Of a stretch of DNA of 60,000 nucleotides, positions 1-12,399 are shown piece by piece (within the stretch, counting starts at the first letter, position 1; every line of letters begins with the position of its first letter). Origin of the DNA: Lama glama (Eukaryota); NCBI GenBank assembly GCA_028534125.1, contig CM052832.1, forward strand, positions 7,814,001 to 7,874,000, in the 5' to 3' direction. A program made the translations under genes and the position numbers. Under the pieces are notes generated by a model that saw only the letters and a list, made by a program, of their open reading frames with translations, had not been told where the DNA came from and made no database searches.

Positions 1-1424
1 ATGACACCTGCCCTGGTTGTGAGATTTCAAAGAAGGAAGAAGTGGGAAAAGCACTTGGTAAGTTGTACAGGGCTCATATCACCCAGAGCTTTCCTGCCCT
101 TCAAGGCTCAGCTCAACCCTGGCCTCGCCCTCCAACCCCGCCAGGATCTCAGTTCTTCTGGAATTGCTCCCAGAGCCTGCTCAGCATTCTTGGAAATGTC
201 CTCCAAAGATTGTTCTCATTATTTGAGGGTTGATATGATATTTAGAAGCAATTGAAAGCCATTTGAGGCCAATCCCGGGGAATTAGGTGAGTAATCAAAC
301 TGGGTAATAGAATTTTTCGGTCAATAACGAGGTGGGGCAGAGTGGTTTATTTTTTTTCCACGTGGCCACACAAACGGACTCTGAAGGCAGTTCCAAGAGA
401 GATGCCACAAGGTACTTGAGCAGTGGCAGCCTCCCTGGAATAGGATGGAGCTTTCCAATGGAATGTCTTTGGAGTCCTAGTCTGTTTGCTGAAAAAACAC
501 AGTCATTATTTTATCATCACAACTTGCATAAACACCAGCTTTTCTCTCCTGGCTCTGAAGCTGGCACATATAAACAGTGTTCCCTCAATTTATTTTGAGC
601 AAATGACCATACTCAACAAGCAAAAACCTATAAAAACAGTAGAGAGGTATGTAGAATTCTGGCGTCATAATTAAATCAGACTCACACGCCATGAATCTGA
701 TACATATTTAATTACTCACATAGTTGTTGCTGTGCGGCTCGGTAATAAGGCAGGAATGTTCTTCACGACAATTGGGCATAACAACTTGAAGCATTTTGGA
801 CGTGGGCTGGGAGAGGGAGAGAGGGAGGAAGGGGGAGGGTTTGGGCCCCCCACACCCCCTCCCCTGACATCCCTCCCCAGAAGGTCTGATCCGACCCTTG
901 AGCTAAGATGTGCTCCCGGCGCCCAGCCTGCGGGCTGGGCCTCTGAGGACAGTGGGCTCTAGATGCTGCCAGTTCTGTCTTTTGGAAGAAGGAGCAAGAG
1001 TCAGCGCTTGGGAAGATGCTTCTGAGGCCCCAGGAGGCAGGGGGCTCTGGCCCTGGTCCAGGTGTGAACCAGGAGTATGACCACGGGCTCCTTCTCAACC
1101 TCCGCAAGGCTCAGGGGCCTGCGTGTCGTAAACATATGCCTCCAGGTGCATAGTAAACACCCTGTAAGATGTCTGTGGTCCCCTCCCCCCTCTTCCCCAC
1201 AGAAGCCCTCAGCAAGGCCAGGGGCACCGGCCGGGGGGCAGTCTTGGGATGTCGTCAATGGTAACTGCACAGGGCTCTGGAGAAGCTCCGCTGAGGAGTC
1301 CTCTGTGGGGCTGACCAAAGGTGAGCGCCCCCTCTTCCCCTCCTGATAATCAGAGTAATTTCTAGTGCCAGCAGGAAGGGGAGAGCTGGGTGGAGGAAAG
1401 AGGCTCCCTCAAGAAACAATGATG

Positions 1425-2157
1425 AGGGAAGGGAACCCTCCTACCCTGTAGGTGGGAATGTAGTTTGGTGCAGCCATTATGAAGAAACAGTATGGAGGTT
1501 CCTCAAAAGACCAAAAATAGACTTACTCCTGGGCATATATCTGAAAAGAACTCTAATTTGAAAAGACACACACACCCCAATGTTCACAGCAGCACTATAT
1601 ACAATAGCCAAGACATGAAACAACCTAAATGTCCATTGACAGATGACTGGATAAAGAAGCTGTGGTATATTTATACAATGGAATACTACTGAGCCATAAA
1701 AAATAAAAAATAATGCCATTTACAGCAACATGGATGGACCTGGAGATAATCATTCTAAGTGAAGTAAGCCAGAAAGAGAAAGAAAAATACCGTATGATAT
1801 CACTCATGTGTGGAATCTAAAAAAAAAAAAAACACAAATGAACTTATTTGCAAAACAGAAACAGACTCACAGACATAGAAAACAAACTTATGGTTACCAG
1901 GGGTAAAGGGGGTGGGAAGGAATAAATAGGGAGTTCGAGATTTGCAGATACTAACTATACACATGAAACAGATAAAGAACAAGTTTCTTCTGTATAGCAC
2001 AGGGAACTATATTCACTATCTTGTAGTAACCTAATGTGGAAACGAATATATGTCTGTGTATGTATGACTGAAACATTACGTTGTACATCAGAAGTTGACA
2101 CAACATTGTAAACTTAAAAAGAGGAAAGGAAGGCAGGAAGGAAGAAATTAAGAAAGA
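1425..2157 (+). mobile_element. 5'-truncated LINE-1 (ORF2 C-terminus + 3'UTR), relatively young lineage L1
   Basis: Typical L1 3' motifs (caacctaaatgtccattgacagatgactggataaagaag; ...KQPKCPLTDDWIKKLWYIYTMEYY), 3'UTR ending caacattgtaaact, A/G-rich tail, degenerate TSD aagaaacaatgatg (1411-1424) / aagaatcaattatg (2158-2171). Confidence 0.95.
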
Positions 2158-3222
2158 AAGAATCAATTATGGAATGAGGACTACTTTTAAAGTGCCCAGT
2201 GGCTACGTGATGCCTGGGGGTGGGGGCCAGGCAGGCTTGGTAGCAGGGATGAGGGGCTGGGAGAGTGGGTCTGAATGGAGTGGGTCCTTAAGGTGCAGGA
2301 CAGGGACCAGGGGGAAGGCTCCAGAAGCAAGATTGAGGTCTTCTGCACTTTTTAGAAGCTAAGAGATTGTTCTTTAACCCTCAGTTGGTTGGGCTAGTCC
2401 TACCCCTGGCCCCCAAGGGGGTGCCCTTGGTTTGGAGAGCTGATGAGAGGCAGGCACTAGGGGTTGAATCCAAGGTGGTGGTGAGAAGCCAGGCTCCAAC
2501 TAGACTCACCCCAGTGAGGTATCAGGTCGGCCTGGCCTCCCAGATTCTGGGGGAACCCACCTGCACATCCCCCCAACTTGGCTGGACTTTATTCACAGTG
2601 GGCGGTCTCGTCCCAGGGCTGAGAGGAGGGAGGAGAAAGGTGCCCAAGTCGTGTTGCTTATTCCTGGGAAAGAGTTTCTCTGGAGAGAAAGACAAAGAGA
2701 GAAACAGCAGCAGCTCTGAAGAGTCGGAATAGCCAGAGAAAATGAGATTGTCAGCTTCCCCAGTCCTCCCCGATTCCCCCTTCTGGGCGTTTTACAGGCC
2801 TAGAGACGACCATGACTCATTCATTAATTTGAAGAGAAAACAGGAGAAGAAAACAACAGAATAGTCCAGACGCGAGCATTCTTTTAATGCCTTCCATTCC
2901 CCAAACACACATTTTAAACCAGATTCCTTTGGCTTCCCAGAATGTCTTAATTTTATGCTTTCATGAGTCATTAGAGAGAAGAATTCTGAACCCTATAGAA
3001 GGGGCAGCCGTCAACAGTTATTGATGCTTAAAGCCCGAGGCTTGGAGCTCGCCCGGGAGAGGACCAGCCCTCGGGCCCTATCCTGCAGGCGAGGGACCTG
3101 AGGCCCACCCCCTACCTCTTGCCTTTGCCCCCTCCTCCTTTTTCTTCTCCTCCCCTCCTTTTCCTCCCTCCCACTGCTTCCCTCGTACCTACTTCTCTCT
3201 CTCTGGATTTCCCTTAAGGGAT

Positions 3223-3238
3223 GGGTCACCTTGGGTCA
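3223..3238 (+). promoter_or_regulatory. DR4 nuclear-receptor element candidate (GGGTCA-cctt-GGGTCA)
   Basis: Two perfect RGGTCA half-sites separated by 4 bp. Confidence 0.3.
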
Positions 3239-4396
3239 CCGGACACAGCCCCTTCCCTTGTCCTACAAAGCTCTGATTCCCAAAAGCCCAGCTGTGCCAA
3301 GAACAGTCTGCCCAGGCGCCTTTGCAATGCAGAGCAGACTTACCTGGCTTTGTGCATGGCTTCACCAATTATTTTAAAAAGAAACAGCCAACTTGGAACA
3401 CTATGTGAAGGAACTTTTCTTTTTGCTTTTGCTTCCCACCCGCCCCCCCTCCTTTTTTTTAACCAGCATCTTCTCTTACCATCCCTAGCCCCTTCTGGAC
3501 CTCTCCTCCCTCAAATGCTTGCTTTGGCTTAGGGGAGAGGTTTTCGATATCTGACACCTCTTGAAAGTGTAGTTTGGCAAAGAAGAATTGAAATTCACTC
3601 CAGCCAGCCAGGCCTGCACTGGGGGCTGCATTAAAACACCTGGGTACCTCTTCACACCGGAGGAAAACCAGGCCTCCTCTCTACAAAAACAGCACCCTGG
3701 TCTTTCCACTGTTCCTGGCCTGCTCTGTGTTCATCTGGACCCCTGCTCTCTGGAAACTGAAATGAACTGAAAACTCTGGTACTAAAAACAGGTGGTAGAA
3801 GCGGACAGGAGGAGGTCTGGGTAGATCGGGGCATCTTGCAAAGTTCTGACAGGAGATTTTTGAGGGTGGGCCTCTCGGTTTATTCCTTACCCCTCTCCCT
3901 CCTCCCTAACCCCCCTTGCCTCCTACAGCCTCTCCCCAGACCCTGCCACGACCATCCTCAAAGTCTGCCAGATGTTCAAACTGATTTAAGACATTCCTGG
4001 AAATGACAGGGGAAAACATCAAGGTGTCTTTAGCAGGCCTCACCAGAGAAGCCCCCCTTGCCCCCAGCCACTGGGAGAGCGGTTACAGTTGGTCCACCTC
4101 CCTCTCCCTGGGAACCAAAACTATTTTCCAAGGCCTAGATGTGGGCTGGTGTCAATTGCCCTACATAAAACAGCAAACAGCCCATCTAAAGAAAATAGTG
4201 TTTAAGGTGCAGCAGAACACACCGTAATGGAGAAAACCCTGCACAGGCAAGTTATGGGGGTGGGGCAGATGGAGACATGCTAAAAGTGGGAACTGTTAAA
4301 CCAACAGGAATGGTTAACACGTCGTGGTGCTGGGGGGAAGCAGGGCACCCACACACAGATCCACACTCAGAGACAGTCCCCACCATGCTCCTGTGT

Positions 4397-4417
4397 ACAC
4401 ACACACACACACACACA
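4397..4417. repeat. (CA)n microsatellite
   Basis: Direct read. Confidence 0.9.
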
Positions 4418-4619
4418 TGCATGTGCAAACACGCCCCTGCCATAGCAACAAAGGAATTTTGCATCATGTAATCTACACTTTCATTGTACATGTTATATAC
4501 CTCATACTTAAATTTTTTTCTGCTAGGTGTAAATTATTAGGGAAAAAAAGAAAGTGAATTTCAATTTCTCTTTTAAATTGTGTTCTCAGAGAAAAGTCCC
4601 GTTCTCAACACCCCCAGGC

Positions 4620-4790
4620 TTGCTGTGAGGGCAGCGCCGGTCCTGTGGAGAGCCCAGCCCTGAGGCCAGGGCGCCTGGCTTCTGTCTCAGCTTCCCCACC
4701 CGCCAGCTGGGGCGCCTGAGCAAGCCCCTTCTCTCTGGACCTCAGTTTCCTGCTCTGCCGTAAAGGGAAATTTTAAAGCTCTGTCAGCAT
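4620..4790 (+). mobile_element. MIR SINE fragment
   Basis: MIR core-like ...cttctctctggacctcagtttcctgctctg...aaaggg. Confidence 0.55.
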
Positions 4791-5570
4791 TGGTTGATGG
4801 TTTAAAACCATAAAATGCAAGCTTGAGTTCCTTTGCAACTTAAACACTTTGCCCCCATGCCCAGTCCAAGGCCTTTGCTTACTTAGGTTTGAAGCCATTC
4901 TGTTTGGGACGGCCTGTGCCCGTTTCTCTGGGAGGGAGCAGGAGGAGGGTGGCTGGGCCTCCAGTAGGAAGGGTGGGTGCAGTCTGTGTGAGTGCTACGC
5001 TGGGCCAATTGGCAGAGCCCATCAGTGTCTCCTGGGTCACTGGGCAGGCGCAGACCCCCCAACGGCAACAGTCTTGGAGCCAAACTGTTCATCTGGACAG
5101 CTTCAAGGCAGGACCATCTAGTCTGTACCTGGGATTTCTTATTTATCTAACTCAAGTATCTCCATGTACAGGGCTGGAAAAAAATTAAAAGCCGTGAGCT
5201 CAGCTCAGTCCCTCTCTGGGTAAGCGCTTAACTTTTCTTTGGCCCCAGATGCATGTTCCAAATGTGAGGGTTTGCATATAGACATATCTATTTGCAGATA
5301 ATTTGTCTGAGCCCTTATTATCCTGTAATTGGGTTAAATACTGCTGTGTAGGCAGCAGCATACCAAAGCCATTGCCGAATCCTTGCGAGGCATCAGAGCT
5401 GCCCCCACCTCCCCCTCTCCTTCTGCAGGCCTATTGGAAGGAAAAGGTAAAAACATAAATTAAGGCAAGGAGAGCATATTTCTTTCTTGGAATGAGCTAT
5501 TTAAAGAACAAGCCAGATGGTGCAAAGAGACATTTTTCCCCTTGCTCTTTACGTTTTAAAAGATCGTGTT

Positions 5571-5604
5571 TGTGTGTGTGTGAGAGAGAGAGAGAGAAAG
5601 AGAG
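5571..5604. repeat. Compound (TG)n(GA)n microsatellite
   Basis: Direct read. Confidence 0.9.
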
Positions 5605-6084
5605 ACTGAATATACCATTCGTCTCCGCCCACGGTACCACCACACTTTCCAATAAGAGCCCCTTGGGTGGTGGTAGGTTTCGCCGGGCAAGCCCTTCCCA
5701 TGGCAGCAGAACCTGGGTCCGTGCTCTCCACAAAGGCCACCCATACTGTCCTCCCCCAAAGACTTTTCAGCTTTCCATGAGTCTCTGGGACAGACACAGG
5801 CCTTCTAGGAGAACTGGTGGGACCCCCGTAACTCCAGGAATGGCAGGGCCTCTCTGAAAGCCCCAGTGGCTGGATACAGCTCTCACAGCCCCCACTGAGC
5901 CTGGGACACCAGCTCGCCGAGTTACAGGTTCTCCCCAGACAATGCCCTCAGCGACTATGTCTTCTTGAAAATCTTTCTAAAACATGTTGGGCCTGCCTGC
6001 CTTATTTCCTGCATATTGATTGTGTTGAGCATAATTTAACTCGAAGATGTGAAATGAAGTAAAATGAGGGCTGACACTGGTGGT

Positions 6085-6225
6085 CTGGAGCAAGGTTAGA
6101 GCTGGGAGTCAGAAGTGGGTTCAGATCCGGACAGCCTCACTCACCACCTATGACCTTGACAGTTCCCAGTGTCTGTCTCCCCAGACCTCCGGGGGTGTGG
6201 GGAGGATTAAATGAGATAACCCTGT
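6085..6225 (+). mobile_element. MIR SINE fragment
   Basis: gagtcagaagtgggttcagatcc...tgaccttg...gaggattaaatgagataa. Confidence 0.7.
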
Positions 6226-6329
6226 CACCCCCTTTCCCTCTTCTCTGTCTACACTGCCTGCATGCACACTCTCCCTTGCTTGCCTGGGTTACCTCCAACC
6301 GCTAAGTAAACCTCTGCTTTTGCTTCCTC

Positions 6330-6790
6330 TCCTCTCTCTGATGCTTTCAGCCAAAATACCTTTACAAAATGTAAATCATGCTCTGTCTCTCCCCTGCTTA
6401 AAATCTTCAGAATTCCCTGTAGCTCTGAGAACAAGTTTTGAATGCCTGGTGTGCTGCGCAGAGCATTCTTGCTCGGCCTCCCCTCGACCCCCGCCCCCCT
6501 CCCCTCCTCCACCCCACCCACCTCCAGCCTGTATGCTGGACTCCAGACACACGCCCTGCAGGTCAGAGTGGCCGTGTCCTTTGGTCCTCGCTTCTGACTA
6601 CTTGACTACTCTTCTTCAACCTCCTCCAGGAAGCTTTCCCAGACTCCATTCAGCCCACCTGTTTGGCGGGGGGGGGGCTCCCTCATTTAGGGAATTCATC
6701 TCACCCCACTAAAATCCTGCCTGTGTGCCCACTTGAACTTCTCAAGGGCCCGAGCTGTCCTTCCCCTCTGCTCCCCGGCGCCCAGAATGG
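6330..6790 (+). mobile_element. L2 LINE 3' fragment
   Basis: aaaatgtaaatcatgct...ccctgcttaaaatcttcag...ctcctccaggaagctttcccagac L2-type motifs. Confidence 0.6.
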
Positions 6791-7599
6791 CAAGTGATAA
6801 CTGACTTGTCAGACCGCCATCCTCCTGGCGCCATTTTTCTTCCCTTCTTGCTCTACAGCGCCCTTAGCTCTGATGCTGGCGGTGGTAATTACAACCCAGG
6901 GCTCCATGAGTAAGGCTGTTTATCTGCACCCTGAATAAGCTCAGACCATGGGGGTTTTAAAATAGTCCTTCTACTGTCAGTTCTCACCTCTCTCTGTTGA
7001 CTTGTGTGTCTTACTTCATGCCCAATGATTGGGCGAGGGCCTCTCCTGCCTCAAAAACGAAACTGCGGGGCCCCTGAGCTGCTCTGCCCACAAAGCAGAG
7101 TCTTGTTCCCTACCTTTGTCTCCCTGGCTTTGTCTTCAGCTGTTGGGGTGGCAGGAATCTGGCTTTCGGACAAGCACTAGGGGAGGCCGTGTGGGGTGTG
7201 TGTGAAGTACCTCGTGTAGATCTGGGGGATGGGGACAGACAGTGTGCCAACTGCAGAAACCAGGGCTTCCGGGTTGTTTTAAGGTCTCATTTGATTAAGA
7301 ATAACTTTAATTCCTGGAACCTGCTTTGAAAGCTTGCATCTGTGTAAATGTCAAGTTTCTAAGTCTCAAATTCAAAACCACAAAGGACAGAGGTTTTGCT
7401 TAAGCTGGAGGATGACTAGCCCTCTTGGGAGAAGGATGCACAGGGAAGGCCAAACGGGGCCACCAGGGGAGTCCAGACCGCCCCCAAGTGCCTTCCCGCA
7501 GGGCTCACTCGGCGGTTCCCGCAGGCAGGTGCTGCCCGTGACGCTGGTCCGCCAACAGCACAAGGACCCAGCTGAAGGCAGGATGGGGTGCAACCACTG

Positions 7600-8450
7600 A
7601 GGACAATGTCTGTGTGTGTGAGAGGCCCGGGCACAGGACCCATCGTGAGAAAACATGGGCGACTGAACCACCAAGATGTAGGAAATTCAGAGTTCAGAAG
7701 AACGCATTGAACCGTCACAGAGGCACAAGGAGCACATCCAGACCCGGGGGGGACGCTGCAGGGCTCCACAAACTGGCTTCCTCAACCAAGAAATTGCAAG
7801 GAAATAAAAAAAGGGACAGTGGAACCCCCAGGTCAGGGTTTCTTAGTTTCAACACTCTTGGCCTTGGGGTCGTTCTGAGCATCGTAGGATGTTAGCACTA
7901 TGCCTGGCCTCCACCCACTCGATGCCGGTAGCCCCCCCAGCCGAGCGGCAACAACCAAAAATGTCTCCAGACTTTGCCTAGTGCCCCTGGGAGCAAAATT
8001 GCCCTCAGTTAAGAACTATTGCTATAAACTAAAAGAGGCTTAGAAAACATACTGACCAGTCACAATGCATGGACCTTATTTGGATACTGAATCAAGCAAG
8101 GAAAAATTCAACTGTTTAAAAATTAAAAAAAACATTCATGAGACAATACAGAACTGTGTATAGTTGATATTGTTAAGGAGTTACCGTTCTTTTTACATGT
8201 TACGGCATTACGAGTGTCTTTAAAATTCCTTCTCTTTCAGCAATACACATCGAAACGGGGTGAATGATGTGCAATGACGTCTACGCCTTGCTTCAGAATA
8301 ATTCAGAGCAGGGGACAGGGAGCAAAACAAGGATGAAACAGGATTGGTCACGAGTTAAAGATAACTGATGGGGTCTCAGCATTCATTATACTCTTCTCTG
8401 TACTCCTGTGTGTGTTCGAAATTTGTTAAGTAACAAATACATAAAAGAAA
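7600..8450 (+). mobile_element. Ancient L1 (L1MC/L1ME-type) 3'UTR, interrupted by MER20
   Basis: caatgcatggaccttatttggatactgaatc; cattcattatactcttctctgtact...tgttcgaaattt; A-rich end; left boundary uncertain. Confidence 0.7.
7834..8021 (+). mobile_element. MER20 hAT DNA transposon
   Basis: cctggcctccacccactcgatgccggtagc...caaccaaaaatgtctccagactttgcc...gcaaaattgccctcagttaagaac. Confidence 0.85.
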
Positions 8451-9510
8451 GGAAGAGAGTAAAAGAAGGGAAATCATAGCTGAGATTCTGAAGCTGGAGA
8501 AATTTTTTTTTTCCTCCTCACATAACTGCTGTCACCTTCTCCCCAGGTTTTCCTAGTCTGCCCTTTAACCAGACCCCTCTGGGACTCTGTGTTGATGCTC
8601 TCAAAAAGGCAGCAACCTGTGCGAAGAGAAACCACATTCGGCCGAGTCCTCACTCCTCGAGAATTTTGATGGTCACTGGTACCTGCACTGCCCGTCTCAT
8701 CCCAGCAGTTCTCTCCATAATGAATTCTGGCAGTACACGGTCCGCCCACCACAAACAGCTTTGGCACACGGGCATAAGCGAATGGACGAACTCCTGAACG
8801 GGCAGAGTTCAAGGTAGTCTGCCGGGCTGTGGGACAGACATGGTAATAAGGAAGTCACGGTCCCTGCCCTTGAGAATTCCACTGTCCAGTGGGGCCAGAG
8901 ATGTTTAGACAACAATCGTGAAAGTAATTCAGAACACAGTCAATGCAGAGTAGACGCTAAACAAGGCAACAGGGCGTGGCCAATTTCGAGGAATGAAGAC
9001 AGCAAAGCCCTAGCTAAAACCTTGGGGAATGATCTCAGAAAGAGCAGCACAAATTCTTATGACATCCAGTTGCTTTTCCAGCTCTTTTGGTTGTGAAGTC
9101 ATAAAGCCGCCATACTCAAACAGACTCACTGGGGGGACTTGGCTGGCTATGGAGGGGAAAGTCTGTTTACATTAAAAAGAAAAAAAAAATCAGTTCAGTG
9201 ACTGCAAGAAAACCGAAAATCAGAAAAAGCTGTCGATGGCTTAATATGCTCTTTAGCGGCTTCAGAAGATCTGAGTCATGCCTTTTCCTAACATGTCTTC
9301 CCGTGTCAAAATCCACCACCTCAAAGGGGAGCGGAAGATAGTCTTACGGAGACCGCGCTCGAGACAGCCGCGCGTGAATGGTGCCAATGTGTTAGCTCAT
9401 CGCCCAGAGCGCAAAGTCCTTTTAGGAAATTGATTTTCCTTGGATAAAGTCACTTCCCCTCTCTGTACCTCGGTCTCTTCCACTGTAAGATGAAGCAGTT
9501 GGATGAGATC

Positions 9511-9670
9511 AAGCGTGGCAAATGTGTGGCACACTTGCTACTCTCACTGCTCTGTGCCCACAGCAGACATTGCTAATTGATCTAAGCACCCTTCCCCACT
9601 GAGCCCAGCCACACTGGGCATATGCAACAGAGGATTCCAGGCACCCACAATCCATCAGAGGGAACTGATG
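9511..9670. mobile_element. Probable hAT-type MER DNA transposon fragment (preceded by a MIR remnant at ~9430-9510)
   Basis: gtggcaaat...cagcagacattgctaattgatc...ctgagcccag resembles an old MER; family not certain. Confidence 0.4.
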
Positions 9671-11364
9671 CTGGCCTCAAACTTACCTACCATCTCTGTC
9701 TGGCCTTCAATTTCCCAGAATTCTGAATTTAAGGGCCCTGATCAAAAATACATCACTGGAGAAAATCCAAGCACACCATTACTTCACACCATCACTTCGT
9801 TTGGTTTATTATCAACAACCCAAAAGGTTATGGAGACCCTGTGGCTTGCTGAGTGTCACATGGGAGCTGAGATACTGGCAGAAGATGTGACACTCACCCT
9901 CTACTCCTACAACGTAAGGGGCTTCTGATTTGGGTGGGGAGGGATGAATTAGAGAGGAAAGACAGACCACAGTGCAACACCAAGGGCCAGGTAAGTGACC
10001 ACAGGTAGCCAGGCTGCCAGAAGTGGATGGGACATGGAGGGAGGGGGGCAGCTGGAACAGGTTGCCCAGGAAATAGAGATGAATTGAACCTTGAAGAATG
10101 AACAGAGTAGACAAAACATCAAGAAGAGCCAAGGTCACCCAGAAATCGGGCCCTGGCTCTGGGCTCTCCGTCTGCTCTCAGGAGTGATAAGATGTAATGT
10201 CCACAGCGGAGGGGGGGGGTTAGGTGGTGTCATCCTAACAGCATCCATTATGGCTAAAGAAATTAAGCTTGAGAATTCTCCATTCAAAGTCATCTTTCCT
10301 CTCCACAAAGGGAGTACTACCGGGAAGAAGTCTGCTGGTGGGTGGGCGTTCAATCCACTTCCCCACATAGACTGTGCTTAGCAGAAAGGATGGATGTGAA
10401 AGGACTGGGGAGTCCCCTGATTTTAACTGGACAGATGCGGGAGGTGAGGAGTCTGGGTTTCTGCAGACCATGGCTCTTTCACCTGGATCTTTTGTTTGTT
10501 TTCAAAGCAGTTGCCCCAAACCTTCGTTCCAGAAATAGGGCTGGCCAAGGCAGAATCTACAGGTGAAAAGTCTGCTTTAGCTGTGCAGATAACAGGGCAG
10601 ACCGTGTAACGGGAAAAGGCACAATAGTAAAGAGAAATATATTTTGATGTACTACTGATTTCTAAAGTGGGTAACTTGAGAACACACCTCAGTCAAACTG
10701 TAAAGGGATGTACTGGATCTTCTGCATCTCCCTGGGTCTAGCCAAGGCCAGATGGACAACAGAATCAAAGCCTGTCTCCTCTCCACAGTGGCTGAGTTTG
10801 GGTACAAGCTGGCGCTTATCAAGTCCCAGGACTGCGAGCCCTGGGCAGGCCTGGATTCATCACAAACTGCCTCAAGCAGCCCCCAGACCATGGATTAACC
10901 AATCGGTCAGACCTTCTCCCCACTGGGCACCCAGCTCCCTGTCCCTTATAATGACATGGATTACAGAGGAAGGGACAGTCTGGTGGGCCTGGAGGTGTGC
11001 CATTGTGGGCAGAGGAAGCAGCTGTCAGTCCAAAATGGCAGACAGGAAAGGTACCTGAAATTTGGGAGCTGGTCTGGGCTTTCCTAACTCCATGACCCAA
11101 TTACCTGCCCACGTCCCCAGTTTATTTAGGAAGAGGACGCCCAGAGGTGCTTTGCTTCACTTTGCTTTATCTCCTATGCCTCAAATGATAGGATATCCGA
11201 GCCATGAAAACTTCAGGGACCAGTTAGTGCAACCCCCTCCACCAACATGTCCCCATCCCCTCTATTTTGACGCTTTTAATCTGCTATTGTCTGAGAAATC
11301 CACTCAACACATTTTTGAACTTGAATATCAATTAAAAACACATAGCTTGGAAGCTGAAAACTTC

Positions 11365-11690
11365 CAAGATGTTCATCAACAGTTGACTGGATCTAGAAAT
11401 CATGGTGTGGTCACATGATGAAATACTACATGGCCATGAAGATGGACAAGCTACAACCACACACAACCGGACGGAAACAGGTACAAGTAATCCAGGGCGC
11501 AGAAGTCAAGGGAGCAGTTGTTTCTGGGCAGGAGGGCGGGGAGGTAGTATGAAGGGCTTCTTGGGGCTGATAAAGTTCTGTTTCTTGATTTGGCTGGTGG
11601 TTACTTGGGTGTGGTCTATTAATGAAAGGTTGTCAAGCGGTACAGCTAGGATCTGTGACTGTCTGCATATTATGCACCAATAAAGGCTTT
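11365..11690 (+). mobile_element. Ancient L1ME-like 3' fragment
   Basis: gatgttcatcaacagttgactggat...gttctgtttcttgatttggctggtggttac. Confidence 0.6.
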
Positions 11691-11711
11691 AACAAATCTG
11701 TATCTTACAAG

Positions 11712-11990
11712 AAAGTTACACAGTGTATGATTCCATTTGTATGAAACATCCAGAATAGGTCAATCCAAAGGGACAGAAAGCAGACTGGAAGGTGTCAGGG
11801 GTTGGAGGAGGGTGGGGGGAGCGATTGCCTAATAGGTAAGAGGTTTCCTTTAGGGGTGATGAAAATGTCTTGGAACTAGACAGAGTGATGGTTGCACAGC
11901 ATTTCAAATGTGCTAAATGCCCCTGAACTGTTCCCTTTAAAATGGTTAATGATTAATTTTATGCTGTGAATTTTAGCTCCAAAAAAAAAA
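11712..11990 (+). mobile_element. L1MB-type 3'UTR with poly(A)
   Basis: gtatgattccatttgtatgaaacatccagaatagg...ggggtgatgaaaatgtcttggaactagacagag...tttaaaatggttaa...A10. Confidence 0.88.
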
Positions 11991-12399
11991 TCTCTGTCTA
12001 GGATGGGGCACCGGATAAAAGCCATCTTTGTTGCTGTAATTCCTGCAGCTTGATGGCTTCACCATCCCTCCTGCCTCTTGCTGAGTTCGAGGGGGCTCTG
12101 ATCTGAGCTCCAGATAACTCGGGGATTCCAGGGCGATGCCTGGTCACTGCAGGGAACAGGCTCACAAGACTTCAAAAGCCCATCACACCTTCGGGAGGCC
12201 CTTGGGTGCAGAGCCTGGGCTTGCAGAGGGCCAAGTTTTGTCCCACTGCCATGTCCACGCCAGTCTCAAGCCAAAGCCTGCCCTGGCCTTCATCTGCGTC
12301 TCTGTCCCCATCCTAGACCAAGCCGGGTCTGGCGGATTTCCCCTCAGCCTCGCGTGGAAACTCACATACGCAGCAGTGTGTGAGCCCCGGCTGGAGAGC

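Noticed and set aside
805..880. G-rich/C-rich hairpin or G-quadruplex
   Set aside because: Low-complexity purine/pyrimidine runs that are common in such DNA, with no supporting context.
1492..1692. Functional L1 ORF2 (also 47717-47917)
   Set aside because: Short, interrupted remnants of truncated L1 copies.
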